Source of the DNA: Octopus vulgaris
Lineage: Eukaryota
NCBI GenBank assembly: GCA_951406725.2
Contig: OX597821.1
Coordinates: 1,178,001-1,242,000, forward strand
DNA length: 64,000 nucleotides
Direction: 5' to 3'
The position numbers and the translations under genes are program-made. A model generated the notes under the pieces. The model saw only the letters and a program-made list of their open reading frames with translations. It was not told the DNA's origin and did no database searches. How positions within the stretch are numbered: the first letter of the stretch is position 1; each line of letters begins with the position of its first letter. Below, in pieces: positions 17,296-31,201 of this stretch.

Positions 17296-18549
17296 CTGCG
17301 AACTTGCAGATTTGGTGGCACGTTCGACAAAATGCTTAGCACCATTTCTTCTAGCTGTGTATGTCCTGATTTCAAATCAGGTTATGATCAACTTATCCTC
17401 TCACCCTTTCGTGGTCGATAAAATGAAGAAAATTCATGTGTAGAATTCGATGTCATCAACATACTTTGTGCCAAAATTTTCAAGCAATTATTTCTAGATC
17501 TTTACAACCCGATTTCAAATACTATTTAGGTCGACTCTGCTTTTTCCTCTTTTCGAGGTCGATAAAATAAAGACTTAACAAGTACTGAGATCGATGTAAT
17601 CGATTATCCCCTCACAGTAGATTGGCTGGCTTGGCACACAAAAATGAGAAACAATTATTGTTACTCACATGACACCTTTTTCTTCATCTTCTTAGGAAAT
17701 TGATATTTCAGTAGAAGAGGCTGTGTCCGTTATCCTCCACAGGGTTTATGAGAGCTGAAGGAAGGAGTAAAAATGGTATACTGAAACCAAAGACCTGCTC
17801 CAAGAGCTTGCACAAATGTCGACACCAGTAAAGACACCCCATGTACCATATGGTGGTGTTAACCGAGGCAACGGATTCGGTTTACTACCAAAGTAGACTA
17901 TGGCGAAATTTGAACTCAGAATGTGAAACGACGGAACAAAGAGAAAAAGTTATCTATCGGACGTTTCAACAATGTCACTAATCCTGGAATGTTCCTATTT
18001 TATCGACCCCGAAAAGATGAAAGGAAATATTACCCTGGGCGTGATTTGAACCGAATGTGTAGATAATTGCAACGTATACTGACAATCATTTTAGCCGATA
18101 CTCTAACGAAACTATCATTGCGCCCCCTGGTGCACGGTGCAGTAACGATTGTTCTTGTTGTTATTTAGTTTTTGGTCAGCCCAGATGGAGCAGTACCATG
18201 ATTAAAGACATACTAACTGTAATCATACATGAATTTTCTTCGCGTAAAAGATAATAATTAGAAAACTGTTTACATTTTAAATCTTCATTCTGTCATTCCA
18301 TTCGTTTTCATTTTTTGTGGGTTTCTTCATTTTCTTCACACACACACACAGATTATTTAGTTTATAAGCTTGAAGCTTATAAGCGACCATCGTGTAATGA
18401 TTAAAGAAAATAGTTTAATATGGGGTCGTATAAGCTCTCGACGGAAAAAAAGTAGGGTGTTTTTTAGTCATTAGACGGACATCGCTTAAAAGCATATAAA
18501 ATATTATCAATTACAGAATTGCAAAAATCAATACTGCTTACCAAAAACC

Positions 18550-18917
18550 GTGGAATACCACAATAAAAAAGATCAATTCGGTGCAAACAGACCTGATATT
18601 GTTCTGTGGGTCGGGGAACAAAAGTCATGCGCTGTTGTAGAGGTCAGCGGATGTGAATGTACAATGAAAAGTCCAGAAAAAAGAGAACATTTAAAGCGAA
18701 TTAATAGGAAACTTACAGCTCTCGTACCCGGACAATGAATTCTCGCTTGTACCGATCATCGTTGGTGCATTAGGTTATGTACCAACAAATTTGCACAAAG
18801 CCTAGAAATACTTGGTTTCAAGGAAAAAGGGCAAAAGAAACTCGCAGATTCTTCAAATTCAATCTATTAATGATATGGTGAAGATTTGTAAGATATTCCA
18901 AAAGTTCTCCACCTGAG
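18550..18917 (+). pseudogene. Restriction-like endonuclease (PD-(D/E)XK) remnant of an R4/Dong-like non-LTR element
   Basis: NRPDIVLW...SCAVVEVS; a downstream frame gives SLVPIIVGALGYV, typical of R4-clade C-termini. Confidence 0.7.
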
Positions 18918-19999
18918 ATTCTTATGTGAATTAATGCACGTGGGTGTATGCATCGACAACCAACTCAACCACATATTTGCCAACACTGGGAACTCTCTTA
19001 ACTCAAATTCTTGTTGCTTTGTTAGCGACCGGTTTGAACTCTCTCAAGAAATTAAATTAAACTCAAAGAAAAAATCACACGCACACACACACACACACAC
19101 ACACACTTGTATATCGCACAGCTAAATTATTTCTCGTTTTTGTTTCTTCTGCATTATTGGTACCATGAAGGCTAAAATATCTCTAAAATATCTCCGGTAC
19201 TAAAAGGGGAGATAACCATAGAGATGCAGAAGACAAGCAAAGGAGTAAATATGTATTGAATGCGGGCAAAAACAAATGCACGGACATTTTCTGTTTGAAA
19301 TGCAATATCCTTGCAAGGCATTATTTGAAACTATCTACTTTTGACCACGAACAAGACCTTCTACGAGGGTATAGTGTGTGTGTGTGTGTGTGCATAAACT
19401 TGTTTCATACAAACACACACACAAGGATATATATGTGTATATATTCACGTATACACACAAACAATCCAACACCATACACAAACACCTTCACAAATGTGTT
19501 TGTGGTAAATATATTTACATACAGACTTACGTATGTATGCGTGCATGTAAAATAACTTATATATATATATATATACATGCATCACACACAGGTATATACA
19601 CATGTATGCACACGCATTTGTATATTTATTCATTGCAGGTACTCTACACAAACATAGGGACACCTAAGTAAGCATAGAGTGCATAACGGTTATTTCCTAC
19701 ACACACACACACACACGCACAAATAAATATCAGTCAATAGGAATTTTCCCAAGCTCACACACATGCGGGAGAAACTATGATTAACTAGAATAATTATTTG
19801 TTTCCTACGTACGTTTTAACGTTGTGGTTATTTGCAACTTCTGAATTGGATGCTGCAAGAGCAATTTTATGTGGCCCACAAAAGACTAGGAGGAGAACTC
19901 TTCACTGCAACATCTTACATCCATTCATCCATCCGCCAATAGGACACACACGCACGTACTCATATTGTTTACGCATATACATATTCGTATATATATGTA

Positions 20000-20050
<51 letters not shown>

Positions 20051-20074
20051 CTCTCAAATTTAAATTACTGAAAT

Positions 20075-20159
20075 CTTTGTGCTGATGACGGGAATGTTGG
20101 AATAGGGATGTATTTCTAGCATCTGTATATCTAACTAACCCAGAAACGCGTTCAGAAGT
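20075..20159 (+). ncRNA. Candidate type I hammerhead in a ~290-bp TA-flanked element (20047-20336)
   Basis: CTGATGA cggg aat gttgga...tctaac taa ccca GAAAC gc GTT; stem I imperfect. Confidence 0.55.
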
Positions 20160-20333
20160 AATCAAATGCCGGGTGAACTTTCGTTATTTTGCGTAAGTGA
20201 ATTGTTTTTGAGTATACATTGTCTGGGAGATTCTTCTTATAGTAGAAGAAATAGCTAAATTCTTTGGCTGCTATTTCTAAAAGTTCCGTATGTGGCGGAG
20301 CAAATTTATTTTGCTGAACCCTAATTATATAAA

Positions 20334-20371
<38 letters not shown>

Positions 20372-20382
<11 letters not shown>

Positions 20383-20430
20383 GCAAGAATTTTTATTGGC
20401 TAAACTGGCAATATGACCATTCAGAAATAT

Positions 20431-20438
<8 letters not shown>
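20372..20438. mobile_element. 67-bp derivative joining both outer ends of the 2936-4950 fold-back
   Basis: atatttgttgtgcaaga (as at ~2944-2960) fused through ttttat to ttttattggctaaactggcaatatgaccattc...aacaatat (as at ~4903-4950). Confidence 0.8.
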
Positions 20439-20482
<44 letters not shown>

Positions 20483-20735
20483 ATACACACATACAAACAC
20501 GCACACATACACCTAGCATTCATATGTAAATATATGAGTTCCTATCTGTCGTATATATACGTGCATGCATCATATCTCACGGGGATAATAAATTCATAAG
20601 AACCATCGTTGAATGTTTTCTATACGTTACTTAGTTATTTTCCTCCTTCATTCTTGAAACGCCTTCACCAAACACCACAGTCTTGTCATATCTTTGAATA
20701 TTTGTGGAACAAAATTAGATTCACACTATCTTTAT

Positions 20736-20775
<40 letters not shown>

Positions 20776-21229
20776 CGCCACAAATATATGATATATTCAC
20801 TAAATTGTAAAGAAGTCTTATTTGAAAATATCTTCTGTAAATGGCAAAAAGGAACAAATATAAATAAATATAATAATATTCTTCGGTTCCGAAGTATATT
20901 CTTTGAAAAATTTGTTACCTGCATTAAATAAATATGAATGTTTGACATAAAGTGTCCACAACTTCCGTAACAGCAGTCATTCAGAAGCTAAGTGTGCAAC
21001 TTAGGTTTATATGGGGAAGAAGAAATATAAACACATACCTACATATATAGGTAAGTCTACACCCTTGAATGCACATGCATACACATACATACGCAATCAC
21101 AACTGTTATTGAGATAGAAGGAATGAAGCGAAGACACTGAAACTTTTTGTAAATGCCATCGACGTAGAATTGACAGGTACGATTAGACAAAAAGTTTACA
21201 TTAATAATAATAATACATACATATAATGC

Positions 21230-21483
21230 GAATATATATATATATATATTTATAAGTATATATATCATATAAACACACACACATGTATATATATATATAT
21301 CACATATATCATACATACAAACACACACCCACTCATTGACAATATTTCCGTATTTATAAATATACATACATATATACAAAAACTCATGCATACACAAACA
21401 TGTACATGTGTACCTGTAATATATACATACATATACACATATATGTATGCATACATATGCACATACATATATATATACATATG

Positions 21484-21524
<41 letters not shown>

Positions 21525-21908
21525 GCACATATATATATATATATACATACATATACATACATGCATATGCATATATATACATACATATACATACATACCC
21601 ATACATACACATACATACATTCATACATACATACATATATACATACATACATATATACATACATATATACATACATATATACATATATATACACACATAC
21701 ATACATACATACATACACACACATACATACATATATACAAACATATACATACATACACACATATACATACATACACACATACATACACATACATACACAC
21801 ATACATAAATACATACATACATATATACATACACACAGAAATACATACATATATACATACATATACATACATATACATACATACGTATACATACATATAT
21901 ATATATAC

Positions 21909-21939
<31 letters not shown>

Positions 21940-22127
21940 CATACACATACATATATATACACACACATACATATAAATACACATACACACATATACATAC
22001 ATATTCGTACATACACACATACATATACACACATACACACATACATACACATACATAAATACATACATACATACACACACAAATACATACATATATACAT
22101 ACATATACATACATATACATACATACG

Positions 22128-22167
<40 letters not shown>

Positions 22168-23459
22168 CATACACATACATATATATACACACACATACAT
22201 ATACATACACATACATATATACATACATACATATATACATACATACATATATATACATACAAACATATATACATACAAATATACATATATAAATATTTAT
22301 ATATATACATACATACCTACATACATGCATACATACATACCTAAATACATGCATACATACATACCTACATACATGTATACACACATACATACATGCATAT
22401 ATACATACATACATGCATACATACATATACATGTACATATATATACATATATATACATACACATACATATATATACATACACATACATATATATACATAC
22501 ACATACACATATATACATACATATATATACATACACATACATATATATACATACATATATATACATACACATACATATATATACATACACATGCATATAT
22601 ATACATACACATACATAAATATATATACATACATATATATATATACATACATACATCCATACATCCATACATACACATACATGCATACACAGACATACAT
22701 ATACATACATACACACAAACATATACATATACATGCATACACACACATACATATACATACATACATACAGACATACATATACATGCATACACACACATAC
22801 ATATACATACACACATACATATACATATACATACACACATATACATACATACAAACATATACATACATACACACGTACATATACATACATACATACATAC
22901 ATACATATACATACACATATACATACATATATATACATATATATATATATATATCTACATATATATATACATACGTATATATACATACGTACATATATAT
23001 ACACATATATACATATATACATATATATACATATATATATATATACATATATATATACATATATACATATATATACCCATATATATATACATAAATATAT
23101 ATACATATATAGATATATATACACATATATACATACATAAATACATATATATACATATATATACATACATACATATATATACATACATACATACATATAT
23201 ATATACATACATACATATATATATACATACATACATATATATACATACATACATACACATATATATACATACATACATATATATATACATACATACATAT
23301 ATATATATACATATATATACATACTTACATAGATATATATATACACATATATACATACTTACATAGATATATATATACATATATATGCATACTTACATAG
23401 ATATATATATACATACATTCATATATATATACATATATATACATACATACTTATATACA

Positions 23460-23514
<55 letters not shown>

Positions 23515-23674
23515 ATGTACATATATATACACATACATACATATATATATACATACATACATACATATATATATACATACATACATATATTTATATATAT
23601 ATATATACATATATATATACATACATACATATATGTATACATACATATATATACATATATATATACATATATAT
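21230..23674. repeat. Complex CATA/TA/CA microsatellite
   Basis: Direct reading. Confidence 0.95.
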
Positions 23675-24499
23675 CAAGATGGCGCTGAACTAACAACAAG
23701 TGTGTTAACGTGTCTCTCCTAAATATTAAAGAAGTCCTTCTAGAGATCGATGTTATCAGAAGCGAAATTGTCTGCAAAGCGAATATAAGTGATAGTACAA
23801 CAAGTCACTGTATTTGAGAAGAATATTTTTGCTTTTGATATAGCATTTGCAACTAGAACATACTCGCGAATACACGTGTTAAAACGCACGTGTGTTACTT
23901 CCCGAAATCGAAGTGAATTTTATTCTTCGTCTGTGAATCAACAAGACAGTATTTTTGAGAAGGATATTTTCGTTTTTGATGTATATCTGCGTGTTCTGAA
24001 AAAAGCCTCTGAAAAATTTGCTGCTTAATACCAAATCGCTTAGGAAAATACAGAAAGTATCGTCAAACTGTTGCATGTGCTAAATCGAAACTCAAACCCC
24101 TTTTGTTTACAAAGTGCGCTTGGGGAAGAATATAAAAGGTCTGTCTTGTCTATCTATCTTCCTTTCTTATAAAAAGGAATCACGTAAGTACTCTCTCAGC
24201 CGGTAAGGTAAGATATTATTTATTTTGTTATCATTAGTGTTCTTTCAAACAGAAAATAATTAAAAAAAAAAAAAGATATAAAGAATTCTATCTTTATAAT
24301 TATAATTTCGTCCTCCGTGCCTGCCACGCACTCTCTTTCTCTTTCTTACATTTCTATTTCTATCTCTCTCATACATTTTTAATTTGTTAAAAAACAGAAA
24401 ATAATATAAAAAGATATAAAAATACGCGCTATTCTATCTTTATAATCTCTCCCTCTCTTTCTTACATTTCTATTTCTATCTCTCTCATACAGTTTATAC

Positions 24500-25310
24500 C
24501 TTATCTGTCTCCCCATCCACCAGACCCTCTATTTCAGCTCTCACTCTCCCCTCCTCCCTCTCTCTCCCTCTGCAATCGTTTCTCTTTCTGCATCTCTCTC
24601 AGATCAACTTTCTCTCACCTCACCCCCTCTCTCAGTTCCTCAACTTCACTCATTCTCTCTTGTATCTATATACCGCCCTCTTTCTCTCTCTCTCTCTCTC
24701 TGTTACTCCCCCTCCCTCTCTCTGCCTCTTTCCTCTCCGCTCCTTCACAGGTCAAACCCCTTTTCCTCTTCCCCTTCTGTCCCCTTATTTCTTTCTCTAC
24801 ACCACCCTCCCTGTCCCTTTACTACACTCTGTTGCGCCCCCTCTCTTCCTCTTCCCCCTTTTTTCTTCCTACTTTTCCTCTCCCTGTTCCCTCTAAGGCT
24901 CACCACCCCCTGTCTCTTTTTTCTCTCTCTCTGTCTCCTTCCTCCACACCACCCTCTCTGTCCCTTTACTTCACTCCCTGGTACCTCTATCCTGCCCTCT
25001 CTCTCTCTCCCTCTCCATTTCATCTCTCTCTTCCTCTCCATTTTATCTCTCCGCCTTTCTTCTCCCTGCTCCCCCTAGGGTCCACCCTCTTGTCTCACTT
25101 TTCCACCCTTTCTACTACACCTCTATCCCGCTCACTCTCCCCCTGCTGACCTGCCATTCTTTCACCTTTCTCTTTTTCCCTCTTATTTTCTCGCTTTCTC
25201 TCTTCTCTCAGGACAATCCCCTCGTCTCTCTCTCTATCCCCCCCTGGCTTTTCTCCTTTCTCTTCTCCCTCTCCATATCTCTCCTTCTCTCTCTCTCTCT
25301 CTCTGTTCCT
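24500..25310. repeat. CT-rich polypyrimidine low-complexity tract directly upstream of LINE ORF1
   Basis: Direct reading. Confidence 0.85.
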
Positions 25311-25328
25311 ATATTTCACTAGAAGAAA

Positions 25329-25979
25329 ATGGCAAGAAACTGGTCTGCGAGAGAGGTGCAATTGTTCGTCCGCGCTTGGAAGATCGCTGAGGACGACTCG
25401 CCGAACGACATTATTGCTGCGGCGCTGAAAAGCAACAATTTTTCGAGAACCACCGCCCAGATAGAGCGAAAGAAGACAGAAGTTATCCGTTCGTACGCTC
25501 TAATCAGGCAACATGTGGACACCCTGGACATCATCCTGGGAGGTGACGGCAGCAGGGAGGGCCAAAAGGATGAGGAAAGCATCCAGAGCCAAATGGAGAA
25601 GCCTGGAACACAGGGAAACGATGACACATGTCCAGCTTCCAACACCACAACTGAAGACCAAAGAGGTGCGATGGCCGCAAGAAAGGAAAGGCACCCTGGA
25701 ATTGATGGGAAGCAGGAGGTAAAGGGTGACAGAATCAAGGCTAAAGGAAGCCCTGTCCAGAGAAAGCAGAGGGACCCCAGCAAAAACTGTAAGGGCAGGG
25801 AAAGAAACACCTGCAAATTCTACCTGAGGGGGACTGCTGGTACGGCGTTGAAGGTGCAAACTGTCGCTTTGCACATCGGAGGCCCTACCAAAACCGCACG
25901 GACGCGAGACAGAGGTCCCTCCCTCAGGGAGAACAAAAACAAAAACAAAAAGTTAAAAGAAGGGAAAAAAGCGCACTGA
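25329..25979 (+). pseudogene. LINE ORF1 with Myb/SANT-like N-terminus and frameshifted CCCH zinc finger
   Basis: WSAREVQLFVRAW...IAAAL...SRTTAQIERK; restoring one G at ~25830 gives CKFYLRGDCWYGVEGANCRFAH. Confidence 0.6.
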
Positions 25980-26005
25980 CCACTACTGAAAGACGGTATG
26001 CAGAT

Positions 26006-29000
26006 GTGGTGCGCGGAAACCCAACAGGTGGCCAGCTTCACCCAGATGTGAGAAGGGCGGCAGCTGAACAGCAGTCTTTTTTGTGCATGGCACAAAAAAT
26101 TGTTCAGCAGCTGACCTGGCTACAAGCACAAAGCTGGAACTACCACCACATAAGGCCACCTCCAACAGATGCAGGATGGCCACCACAGACACCAACACCA
26201 CACACACACACAAAAATATTTCTACTGAATGTAGGAGGGCTGCTGCGCGGAAACTGTAAAAAGAAAATTTCATTCCTGAGAGACCTTGTGACATGCAATC
26301 AAGCTATATGCATGGCACTCACAGAAACGCATCTTGAACCCGATATAGGTGATGCAGAAATACACATGCCGCAATATGCAGTCATACGCACAGATAGAAA
26401 AGGGAGGAGCCATGGTGGAGTTGCAATGTACATCCGAGATGACCTCACGCCCCAGGTCCTGCTGTCATATTCAAACTCAGTATGTGAAACTCAAATTGTA
26501 CACATAAGACAACTGAATATCGTCATATGCACTACATATCGCCCACCAGACGCCCCAAAACACTCAGGCATGTTTGAAGACTGCCTAACAAAAATAGGAG
26601 AAGTCCTCACCAACCTTGAACAGCACAACAGTGTATTCTTCATGGGTGACTTTAACCTCCCCAATGTGGAATGGCCTGGGGGGCAGATGCTCCCAGGGAT
26701 GACACACCATCAGCAGACACAGGTAGAGTCCCTGCTCCATCTCACAAATACCTCTTTCATGGAGCAAATAGTTCTGCAACCAACAAGGGCAGATAATATA
26801 CTGGATCTCTGCTTCACAAACAATATGGATATTATCCATAATGTTAATGTGATGCCGACAATGATCTCGGATCACAACATAATAGAGCTGTCTATGTATG
26901 GAACAAAAGCCCCCGCAGACACACAGCCTATACGAAGCACCTACCATCTCTCCAACTTAAACTTTCATAAAGCCAACTGGAAGTCGATTGAGAAAGAGAT
27001 CCTCAAACAGGATTGGCCTGAATGTCTCTCCACACCGGACATAAACATGAAACACAAACACTTCATGTCCATAATACAAGCCATATGTGACAAATATGTC
27101 CCAATGTGCAGGGCCAGCACACACAAGAACAAAAACAGGATCCCTAGAGAAAGGAGGATTCTTATGAGACGACGGACAAGGATTGCAAACCGCCTGAGCA
27201 AGCACACCAAAAGTGGTGAGAAGTCTCGGCTCAAAAGAATGCTAATGGAAACTGAGAAAAGTCTACATCAGTCCCATGAAAAGGAGAGAGCAGATAAAGA
27301 AGCTTGGGTAATAGAAAATATAAAATCAAACCCTAAAGCTTTCTTTAAGTTTGCCAAAGAGACAGCCACAGTGCACCAGAGAATAGGACCTCTCTTCCAA
27401 AAGATGGCTCTCTCACAGGAAATCCCACGAGGATAAGTGAAATACTGAACGAACAGTTCCAAAGTGTGTTCACTACACCTCTAGGACACAGGCAAGTAAA
27501 CAACCCAGAAGAATTCTTTGCCACTTTACCAGCGGCCAAAGAGACAAAAATTGAGTACATCAACATCGAAGAAGATGATATCACACTAGCCATTGATGAG
27601 ATTGACACAAACTCAGCTGCTGGACCTGATGGATTCCCAGCGATCCTTCTCAAATCGTGCAAACGAGCCCTTGCAAAACCGCTACAGCTTCTTTTTCAGA
27701 GCTTTCTTGCAAGTGGTAAGCTCCCAGTCAAACTGAAAGAGGGGGTAATATGCCCTATCCATAAGGGAGGTAGCAGAGCAGATGCTAAAAATTATAGGCC
27801 TATCTCTCTGACCTCACACATCAGCAAAGTCATGGAACGAATAGTCCGTAAGAAACTAATCATGTTCCTTGAAGAAAATGACTTACTGTCTGACACCCAG
27901 CATGGATTTCGACCAGGTAGAGGCTGCCTAACACAGCTCCTGCAACACTATGACTGGGTGTTGAAACAGCTACTAAATGGCTCAAATGTGGATGTAATAT
28001 ATCTTGACTTTGCAAAAGCCTTTGATAAAGTCGACCATGGTATGATCTGTCACAAACTGCGTGGTCTCGGCATAGGCGGGAAACTTGGAGAGTGGCTGCA
28101 CAACTTCCTAAAAGACAGAAAACAGGCAGTTGTGAGCAATTGAGCCACCTCCAGGGAAACGCAAATAACAAGCGGTGTCCCACAGGGCACTGTCTTGGGG
28201 CCACTGATGTTCATAGTGGCCCTTTCAGACATGCCTTCAGTTGCTACGATGACCACCCTTGCTAGCTATGCAGATGACACAAAAGTCTCCCACGCAATAC
28301 AAAACCCTGAAAATATTGCGCATCTGCAACATGAGCTGGACACAATATACAGGTGGGCTGAGGACAACAACATGCAGTTTAATGCAGGTAAGTTCCAGGC
28401 CCTGCGCTACTGGCACACAAAGGTAAATGACGTGAAGACTGGATACACTGGCCCAGGAAGAATTGCAATCCCTGAGTCAAAATCAGTGCGTGACCTGGGC
28501 ATTGACATGAGCAATGATGCATCTTTCCAAATGCATATTGCTAATCTGGTGATAAAATGCAGACGGCTAGCTGGATGGATTCTCCGAACTTTCAGAACAA
28601 GAGAGAAGGAGACACTGATGGTCCTATGGAAAACATTTGTCCTCAGCCGCTTGGACTACTGCTCCCAACTTTGGTCACCACACAATATAAAACAAACAGC
28701 AGAACTCGAAGCAACTCAGAGAAGCTACACAAAGAAAATCGTCTCAATGCAAAATGTCAGCTACTGGGAAAGACTGAAGGTATTAAACCTCTTCTCCCTG
28801 GAGCGGAGGCGGGAGAGATATGCAGTGATATACATCTGGAAAATCCTGGAGGGTCTTGTCCCAAACTTTGGCATTCAAAGTTACTCCAACCGCAGAACGG
28901 GCGCCGCTGCGTGGTGCCAAGGATTCCAACATCACCATCAAAATACAGGTCCAGATACTGCAACAGCTTGGGTTTCAGAGGACCACAGCTCTTTAACATC

Positions 29001-29183
29001 CTCCCTAAATGCCTGAGAGACTTACATGGTGTGGATGTGGGTTTCTTTAAAACTAAACTGGATCTCTTCTTGTTGGGAGTCCCAGATGAACCTACCTCAC
29101 GACAGGAGACACGGATGCGGGCAGCAGCATCGAACTCCCTTGTTGATCAAGTGCCACGTATCAGAGGTGGATTCACAAACTAG
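26006..29183 (+). pseudogene. LINE ORF2, APE endonuclease plus reverse transcriptase, broken into 4 ORFs
   Basis: ORFs 26006-27436, 27466-28143, 28195-29016, 28557-29183. Confidence 0.92.
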
Positions 29184-29260
29184 TGTAGCTCATTCAGCGG
29201 TGGTGCCCCAGCATGGCCGCGGCCTCCGGGCTAAAACATTTTTAAGGATTTAAGGATTTA

Positions 29261-29409
29261 TAGATATACATACATACATATACATACATATATATATACA
29301 TACATATATATATATATACATACATATATATACAAACATACATATATATACATACATATATATACAAACATACATATATATACATACATATATATACAAA
29401 CATACATAC

Positions 29410-29444
<35 letters not shown>

Positions 29445-29457
29445 CAAACATACATAC

Positions 29458-29494
<37 letters not shown>

Positions 29495-29814
29495 CATACA
29501 TACATACATACATATATATATACATACATACATACATATATATATACATACATACATATATATATACATACATACATATATACATACATACATACATATA
29601 TATATACATACATACATATATATACATACATACATTCATATATACATACATATATATATACATACATATATATATACATACATATATACATATATATACA
29701 TGTATATATACATATATATATACATACATATATATATACATACATACATATATATATACATACATACATATATACATAGATACATACATATATATATATA
29801 CATATATATATACA

Positions 29815-29850
<36 letters not shown>

Positions 29851-30025
29851 CATATATATATATACATACATCCATATATACATAGATACATACATACATA
29901 CATACATATATACATAGATACATACATACATATATACATAGATACATACATATATACATAGATACATACATATATATATATATAGATACATACATATATA
30001 CATAGATACATACATATATACATAG

Positions 30026-30056
<31 letters not shown>

Positions 30057-30387
30057 CATACATCTATATATATATATATACATACACATATGCATACTTA
30101 CATATATATATATACATACATATATATATATACATACATATATATATATACATACATACATACATATATATACAAACATACGTATACATACATACATACA
30201 TACATATATATATACATACATACATACATATATATATACATACATACATACATATATATATACATACATACATACATATATATATACATACATACATACA
30301 TATATATATATACATACATACATACATATATATATATACATACATACATACATATATATATACATACATACATACGTATATATATAC

Positions 30388-30458
<71 letters not shown>

Positions 30459-30525
30459 CATACATATATATATACATGCATACATATACATATATACATA
30501 CATACATACATACATATATATATAT
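29261..30525. repeat. CATA/TA microsatellite
   Basis: Direct reading. Confidence 0.95.
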
Positions 30526-31201
30526 GAGTGCTTAAGCTCAGGTTGGTCCTACAGAGTGGCACAGCTACGATTATCCCCGTCTATGCCCCACAAGCGGGAC
30601 TACTAAATGATCAGAAGGACCACTTTTACGATACCCTTCAACAGGCTACCTCAAAGACTAGTGGCAAGGACCTCATCTTTGTGGGTGGAGACTTCAATGG
30701 GCATATTGGACGGGAATCGGGTATCTTCTTTGGGGTGCACGGTGCCCATGGTATTGGCACCAGAAATGATGAGGGAACTAGACTACTGGAATTTTGTGAT
30801 GCATGTAACCTTTTAATCTGCAACACTAACTTCAGGAAGCCTGACTGCCACCTTATAACCTATCAGTCAGGAGACTCCACTAGTCAAATAGACTTCATCC
30901 TCACCAGACAGCGGGATGCAGGGTCGCTCTTAAATACAAAGACCCTCCCGGGTGAAAAATGTATCCCTCAGCATAGGCTAATCATCAGTGACTTTAAGCT
31001 TGAGGCTAGAAGGACTCCAAGAAACAAACCAATCCAGAAAAGAAGGATTTGGAAGCTAAAGAATCCTTCACGTGGTCAGAGATTTAGGGACATCCTCATC
31101 AAAAAATTTGATGAGAGGGAGGATGAGCTTCAGACGTCGGACATAGAAGGTAGCTGGGAATTCCTACGGGACAGCTTGCTGAGTGCCACAGACCTAGAGT
31201 T

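Larger units (their letters stand above)
25329..29260 (+). mobile_element. Near full-length CR1-group LINE, family A (ORF1 plus APE-RT ORF2, frameshifted)
   Basis: APE motifs LLNVGGL, LTETHL, GGVAMY, MGDFNLP, SDHN; RT motifs YRPISLTS, QHGFR, LDFAKAFDKV, YADDTK; (TAAGGATT)n tail. Confidence 0.95.

Noticed and set aside
20981-23693. Very long ORFs (up to 647 aa) of Y/I/M/C/V/H/T repeats; also 1537-3016, 29242-30562, 51039-51510
   Set aside because: Translations of TA/CATA microsatellites that lack stop codons
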